Shown here piece after piece: positions 62,115 through 64,000 of a stretch of DNA of 64,000 bases. The DNA is from a virus. Made by a program: the position numbers and the translations under genes. The notes beneath the pieces were generated by a model, which was not told the DNA's origin, searched no databases, and was given only the letters and a program-made list of their open reading frames with translations. The stretch covers positions 32,001-96,000 of the IMG/VR virus record IMGVR_UViG_3300044611_002466; one strand, 5' to 3'. Positions within the stretch are counted from its first letter, which is position 1. Every line of letters begins with the position of its first letter.

Positions 62115-63127
62115 TTCGGCAGGTCGTCGCAGGCCTCCGCGTCTCGGTCGAAGTCGATGAGCAAGGCCTTCTCCTCCCTCGCCACCTTCAGGATCGGCCG
62201 GAGCCAGTCCGGCTCACCGGCGAGCTGCTCGTCGGACGGGGTGCCGTCCACGCCCGGCACGAAGACCACCCATCCGCACTCATGCGACACGGCGCGCACG
62301 TCCCCCCAGGGCGGGCTGGCCGAGGGCATGTGAGCGGTGGAGAGGTCCAGCGTCTTCTTGGTCGAGTTGCGCAGAAGAGCCATCTTCGTCCACCCCGCCT
62401 CCATGAGGTACCGGACTTGGCTGGTCGATCCCTCGTTGTTGATGTCAGACGCCTCGACGCTCTTCGCGTCGTGCACAACCTCGTCGAGGTCGTTGAGCTC
62501 GTCGACGGCCGTAGCGAACTGCTCGAACTCCGCCGCCTTCTTGGCACGAGCATGGGCGACGCCTCGAGCGGCCTCGGTACCGGCCTCCTTCGCAGCTTCC
62601 ATGCCGTAGAAGCCCCAGCAGCTCTCGGACATGTCTCCATCGACGACGTAGCCGTACACATCACCGCTGAGGTACTGGTTCCACTCGGCGACATGCGCCT
62701 CGGCGAGCTTCCTCCAGTCGACTTCCGCCTCCGGAATGCCGGAGTACTCGGCCCATTCCTTGCGGGGGATGAGGATCCACCCACAGCGGCTCACGTCCCA
62801 TTGCTGATCGGGGAAGGTAGAGGCCCTCTCGGAGCCCATGAGCGCGAGCACCACACCCCCGTGGATGTAGCTCGCCAGCGGCCAGATGGACCACGTCTTC
62901 TCCCCCTCCGGCTCGGCTGCGCGCTCACGGAGCCACTCTCTGATGTCAGCGCGCGAACGCTTGTCCTTCATCTCCTCAGGACAGACCTCGAGCTCGCGGT
63001 GGAAGTGCATCAGGTAGATCGGTGCGTCGGCGCTGTCTTCCGGATTCGAGGCGTGCTCGTCGATGAAGATCTGCACCAGGATCTCTTCCATCGTGAACGT
63101 CTCCACGGGCTTTGTCTCTCGTCCCAT
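62102..63127 (-). CDS. Two-domain phage/plasmid-type protein (WD...CG...YL.GDVYGY..SCWGFYG + LDLSTAH...FD.DA...LP.WEW)
   Basis: Two motif sets recalled from mobile elements; function unknown. Confidence 0.7.
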   Translation of the reverse strand: MGRETKPVETFTMEEILVQIFIDEHASNPEDSADAPIYLMHFHRELEVCPEEMKDKRSRADIREWLRERAAEPEGEKTWSIWPLASYIHGGVVLALMGSERASTFPDQQWDVSRCGWILIPRKEWAEYSGIPEAEVDWRKLAEAHVAEWNQYLSGDVYGYVVDGDMSESCWGFYGMEAAKEAGTEAARGVAHARAKKAAEFEQFATAVDELNDLDEVVHDAKSVEASDINNEGSTSQVRYLMEAGWTKMALLRNSTKKTLDLSTAHMPSASPPWGDVRAVSHECGWVVFVPGVDGTPSDEQLAGEPDWLRPILKVAREEKALLIDFDRDAEACDDLPKWEW

Positions 63128-63152
63128 CGGTCCTTCCATTCGGTGAGGGAGC

Positions 63153-64000
63153 TCACCCATCTGTGTTGTTGCGGTACTCTGCGCTGGAGCCGGCCTCCTC
63201 GATGTAGGCGAGTCGCATGCGCACGTCCGAGCCCATGAGGTCCTGGAGCGTTGTCGCCGCCAGGAGCTCTTCGCCTTCCGGGATCGTCACGCGGAGCAGG
63301 CGTCGCGTCGATGGGTCCATGGTCGTGGCGTACAGCATCGCCGCCGGCATCTCGCCCAGTCCCTTGAAGTACGAGACCTGCGCCGTTCCCCGCATCCCAC
63401 GTGGCAGCGACGCGAGGTAGACGTCCCGCTCCTCGTCGTTGATCGCCCAGAAAGATGCGGAGCCCGCGTTGATCCTGTAGAGCGGAGGACACGCCAAGAA
63501 CAACTTCCCTGCGCGGATGAGCTGAGGCATCGCGCGGAAGAAGAACGTGAGCAGCAGCGTGGAGATGTGGTGCCCGTCCACATCGGCGTCGACCATCAGG
63601 AGGACCTTGCCGTAGCGCAGCTTGCTGAGGTCGAAGTCGTTCCCGATTCCGCACCCCAGCGCCTGGATGAGGTTCGAGATCTCCTGATTCGACTCCATCT
63701 TCTGGAGAGGTACCTCCATCACGTTCAGGACCTTCCCGCGCAGAGGAAGGACGGCCTGCACGTCTCGGTTGCGTCCCTGCTTGGCCGAGCCACCGGCGGA
63801 GTCCCCCTCCACGACGAAGAGCTCGGTCTCCGCCACGCTCGACGAGCTGCAGTCGGCCAGCTTGCCGGGGAGCGTGATGGCCCGCACCGGGCTCTTGCGC
63901 CGAACGTCGTAGACCGCGTCCCGTGCGGCCGTACGTGCCCTCGCAGCCTCCACCACGCGCGCTGCGAGACGTTCCGACTGCTTGTGGTTGGTCTGGAGCC
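63153..64000 (-). CDS. Type IIA topoisomerase B subunit (GyrB/ParE-like), TOPRIM part; 5' end outside the window
   Basis: ELFVVEGDSAGGSAKQGR, PLRGKVLNV, LMVDADVDGHHI, YFKGLGEM, TTMDP..RRL. Confidence 0.95.
   Translation of the reverse strand, partial: LQTNHKQSERLAARVVEAARARTAARDAVYDVRRKSPVRAITLPGKLADCSSSSVAETELFVVEGDSAGGSAKQGRNRDVQAVLPLRGKVLNVMEVPLQKMESNQEISNLIQALGCGIGNDFDLSKLRYGKVLLMVDADVDGHHISTLLLTFFFRAMPQLIRAGKLFLACPPLYRINAGSASFWAINDEERDVYLASLPRGMRGTAQVSYFKGLGEMPAAMLYATTMDPSTRRLLRVTIPEGEELLAATTLQDLMGSDVRMRLAYIEEAGSSAEYRNNTDG

Larger units (their letters stand above)
1..64000. mobile_element. Segment of a large myovirus-like (contractile tail) phage genome
   Basis: Terminase, prohead protease, MCP, neck, sheath and tube genes plus dense phage-type accessory genes; no host housekeeping operons. 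Confidence 0.95.

Noticed and set aside
1-64000. tRNA, rRNA and CRISPR arrays
   Set aside because: No cloverleaf with T-loop/D-loop consensus and no regularly spaced direct repeats seen by eye; GGTTCGA hits (e.g. near 6285) lack the surrounding structure. A tRNAscan/CRT run would be decisive
1-64000. Stop-codon reassignment
   Set aside because: Conserved genes (TerL, MCP, sheath, ThyX) are full length under code 11, and all three stops terminate genes

Overview
High-GC segment (roughly two-thirds G+C by eye) of a large, probably jumbo, contractile-tailed dsDNA phage using genetic code 11; no integrase, tRNA or CRISPR array seen. The left ~38 kb is the morphogenesis region, mostly + strand: terminase large subunit, prohead protease, scaffold-like proteins, capsid decoration, major capsid, neck proteins, tail terminator, a 1495-aa tail sheath and tail tube. 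Two - strand accessory islands interrupt it (4.6-9.4 kb, 11.3-13.1 kb). The right ~26 kb is an almost unbroken, translationally coupled - strand run: NUDIX, ThyX, MoxR AAA + metallopeptidase-VWA, HD hydrolase, N6-adenine MTase, ParB-like, a 5'-truncated C5 MTase, a type IIA topoisomerase B subunit and many small unknown genes. The strongest signal is a K-x-A(-S/A/G) motif that saturates head-region proteins and is nearly absent from the tail sheath. It brackets a Dps-like ferritin domain, a SNF2 helicase and an inorganic-pyrophosphatase-like domain, and separates many glycine-zipper membrane-like segments. I infer a protease-processed virion cargo/polyprotein system, cut by the assemblin/HK97-fold protease at 15359-17248. 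Other points: a 45-aa MKxKTxxKAG peptide missed by the ORF track, an RNase HII that can only start at CTG, and a recurring CATAAGAA upstream motif. All product calls come from motif recognition by eye; no database searches were run, and start codons were refined by hand.
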